Positions 61,401-64,000 of a stretch of DNA of 64,000 bases are shown one piece after another (within the stretch, counting starts at the first letter, position 1; each line of letters opens with the position of its first letter). A program made the position numbers and the translations under genes. The stretch comes from Macrostomum hystrix (Eukaryota; Animalia; Platyhelminthes): the NCBI GenBank assembly GCA_950097015.1, contig CATNEN010000038.1, forward strand, positions 8,184,001 to 8,248,000, written 5' to 3'. The notes beneath the pieces are model-generated. The model saw nothing but the letters and a program-made list of their open reading frames with translations, made no database searches and was not told where the DNA came from.

Positions 61401-61873
61401 CAATCAGGAACAACTCGACGCATCAATCAGGAACAACTCGACGCATCAATCAGAAAGAACTCGACGCATCAATCAGGAACAACTCGACGCATCAATCAGA
61501 AAGAACTCGACGCATCAATCAGAAAGAACTCGATGCATCAATCAGGAACAACTCGACGCATCAATCAGGAACAACTCGATGCATCAATCAGGAACAACTC
61601 GACGCATCAATCAGGAACAACTCGACGCATCAATCAGGAACAACTCGACGCATCAATCAGGAATAACTCGATGCATTCAGTCAGTAAAATACAAAAACAA
61701 GCTATTTACTGACTATAATTAATAAAGTCTTATCGAACTCACAGCCATTCGATTCCGGTGGTGAAATGCAGCAACATCAGCAGCAGCAGAAGCAGCAACA
61801 GCAGCAGTCGAAGCGATGGCACACTGAAATCTCTTCGCCTTCTATCGGATGCTTCAACAAACAACCTGGACAT
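58440..61873 (-). CDS. Wnt ligand, Wnt11-like and divergent; 5 exons (61873-61743, 60765-60515, 60123-59537, 59392-59181, 58686-58440), ~475 aa
   Basis: Hydrophobic signal ending GIEWL|AL (compare Wnt11 GIKWLAL); C..QF...RWNCSS; CARG...CPC; GGCSD; HNY.VG; CKCHGTSAACSVRTC; DYC; MCCGRPY; terminal C..C......C. Confidence 0.9.
58763..59150 (+). mobile_element. SINE family 1 copy split by a 231-bp MITE (58879-59109)
   Basis: SINE head runs to GAGAAGGCT and resumes at GGGCGTGTCTTGCAATCTACGCCCTCGAGGGCCAA; the insert has 10-bp TIR CAGTAGAAAG/CTTTCTACTG with flanks TTAA/CTAA. Confidence 0.75.
60165..60466 (-). mobile_element. SINE family 1 copy with internal deletions, Wnt intron 2
   Basis: A box TGGCAGAGTGG, body, and tail ending in (TTA)n. 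Confidence 0.8.
60797..61675. repeat. 23-bp minisatellite, Wnt intron 1
   Basis: GCATCAATCAG(G/A)AA(C/G)AACTCGAC. Confidence 0.97.
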
Positions 61874-61922
61874 TGCGTGTCAGGATCAACTTTGGTAGAA
61901 TTTGCTGAAGCCACAAACCAGA

Positions 61923-62034
61923 CTTTGATGGCCGCCGGCCTACGTAATTTTCTCCGCTCGCTTTATAGCCCGCTCCGGCTCAGATTATATGGCCCTTTCT
62001 CTGAACAGTCCCTGGGGTCTTTGATCTCCGCCGC
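61923..62034 (-). promoter_or_regulatory. Wnt11-like core promoter: TATA box flanked by two TCF/LEF sites with adjacent Helper-like motifs
   Basis: TATAAA (-) at 61967-61962; CTTTGATG+GCCGCCG at 61923-61937; CTTTGATC+TCCGCCGC at 62019-62034. Confidence 0.55.
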
Positions 62035-63851
62035 TCTTGGCCCTTCTAAGAGCCATGCGACTCGGCCCGACGTATCCACGGTTAGCACCAGGAGTGTACG
62101 CTGCTGGCTGTGTGGCGTAAAGAAATTAAGAACTGAGAGACAGAGAGGGAGAGGGGAAAGCGAGGGGTGTCAGTAGGTCGGTCCGTTCCTATTTCGGAGC
62201 GCAGCAATGGGTCTTTACGACTTGTCATAAATCAGCGGTTCCAGTTTCAGATCCACAATGACCACTCTGGCCAGCTAGCTGGCGGCGTTTCGGGGGGATG
62301 ATAAAGTTAGAAAAAAACAACACAAAAGGAACCAGGGCCGGCTTTACGGGGGACACGCAGAGACTTGTAATTATCCCGCCTACACAGGGCCACCTGACTA
62401 AGCCTTCTTTAGCCGCAATCGTCGATTCGTCTCCAACGAAGTTCACAAATTTGATAAAATAAATTTGTTGCGTTTTTTAAGCTTCCAATCTTTATCAAAA
62501 GGCTTTGCAAACTTTTTTTAGAAAAATGAGATAATTTTCTGAGGTTCTATCCCAGTTTCTGTCCTTGAGCTGGCTATAAATTTAGATTTCCCATTGCTTC
62601 AATTTTCCCACTGGGAAACGGTTAGCATATTTTAGCAAGGCTGGTACTTCTTAGTACACCTGCCCCTTTGTACAATTCCATCTTTGGAGTAATTTTCGTG
62701 CGTGCACAGTTCTCGGTTAATTAAGTAAGTCAAAGCAATTAAATACGCCATCTCAGGTGAAAGTGGAACCGAAAGTAGGAATTATTGGCAGTGTAACGTT
62801 GCTAATCAGAAATGTATGTTTTCCCGCTTCGAAAATATAGTGTTGAAATTGAAAAGAGCAATTTAATCAAATTTAAAAGCAGGATTAATCATTGATAATT
62901 TCCAAAAAATGTTTCCTTACGATATCTGTAACAAAAGAGGAAATTACAGGAAACAAGCAAAGTTAGGCGATAGACTCAGTAATCCTTTAAGAAAAATCTC
63001 AGTACCACAATAATCTAACCTTGGTACTTGAGTACTCTAGTACTTAAGTCCTCGATTACTCCAGTACTCAAGCACTTAAGTACTTGCGTACTTTAGCATA
63101 AAAGTGCTTGAGTACTTAAGTGTTGTAGCATTTTAGTACTCCTGTACTCTAGCAATTTTGAACTCTAGTACAGCCCTGCTTTCTGCTCTAGTACAGCCAG
63201 CTTTAACACAATTTACTTAGTATCGACATAATTAAGTTTTATTATAACAAGAAGCCGAAACCAGAAAGCCGTGTTAACTTCGGCGCTTGATTAATATCGC
63301 TAGATTAAGCTAACTTCCGTTTCGTTGCTTATTTAACTAATGGGTTCAGATGGGTTCAAAGCAATTTTTGCGTTTGTTCATATTTCAGGTTTCATACTCA
63401 TTAGACTCCTTAGTAATTAGTAAGCTAATTTTGCTTCGTTAACTGCGAACAAATCAAGTTGCTAATAAAATACGAAACTCCAAAAAAGCAGGAAAAAAAT
63501 TTCATTTGTGATGGAACATCTAGAAAAAATTCAATGAATCATAACAATCCTAAAGATGAAACCGCTGATTTAGGCTGACATTTGATCATAAAAATGGGAA
63601 TCAAGATTATCCGAGATTTGAGATCGGGGATCTTGGATCCCCAGAATCTCGTCAGAATTTCCACAGAAAGGCCTCTTAGAGAATCAGATGAGATTTCTGC
63701 AAGACTCTTCAGGAAATTTCTTAGAGCGCATGGTAGAGACAAAAAATATTTTCGTTAAAAATAGGATAATCATCTAAAATTGATGCCGTTTTCTAGAATA
63801 AAACTAATTAACTCAAATTCCGGACAGTAGAACCCAGTAATTTCAGCCTTT

Positions 63852-64000
63852 TCAGTTCTTCTGGCTCGACCTCAGACCGCGCTCAATCCAAGCATCGATG
63901 TCCTTCGCTTTGCGGTCTTCGCTAGTGTACCACAGGTTGGCTATGGTGTCCGCTGGCAGGGGGTCCAGGTTGTTACGGTGCTTCAGGCTGGCAATCTTGA
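63852..64000 (-). CDS. 3' end of an unidentified protein (partial)
   Basis: KIASLKHRNNLDPLPADTIANLWYTSEDRKAKDIDAWIERGLRSSQKN*; GC3-rich codons followed by AT-rich sequence. Confidence 0.65.
   Translation of the reverse strand, partial: KIASLKHRNNLDPLPADTIANLWYTSEDRKAKDIDAWIERGLRSSQKN

Noticed and set aside
60483-61722. Three overlapping ORFs of 277-409 aa
   Set aside because: They come from a stop-free 23-bp array in Wnt intron 1

Overview
This is eukaryotic (animal) DNA. GC-rich exons, very short or minisatellite-filled introns, a 7-EC protocadherin and a divergent Wnt11-like gene suggest a free-living flatworm such as Macrostomum; that assignment is inference. Ten genes were modelled by hand from GT-AG junctions with consistent phases: an orphan low-complexity gene (-), COX11 (+), HAUS1-like (+), a delta-type protocadherin (-), an ependymin-related protein (+), PLAA/Doa1 (-), FBXO30/40-like (-, start unresolved), DPCD (+), an S1 serine protease (-) and Wnt11-like (-). 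Partial CDSs lie at both window edges. Mobile DNA comprises a near-intact DD34D mariner (one frameshift), about ten copies of a tRNA-derived SINE, a second CORE-like SINE, hAT-type and other MITEs, and a Crypton-like fragment. About 30 tandem arrays are present, most long introns carry their own unit, and many units share a CAGGT or GGGA/TCCC core. Best leads: (i) PLAA intron 1 is bounded by a duplicated AG|GT site and filled by a SINE, a candidate retroposon-made intron; (ii) the shared cores of the intron-specific minisatellites; (iii) a COX11-HAUS1 bicistronic or operon-like locus; (iv) TCF plus Helper site clusters at the Wnt11-like promoter and at 33-34 kb. There is no CRISPR array or prokaryotic system.
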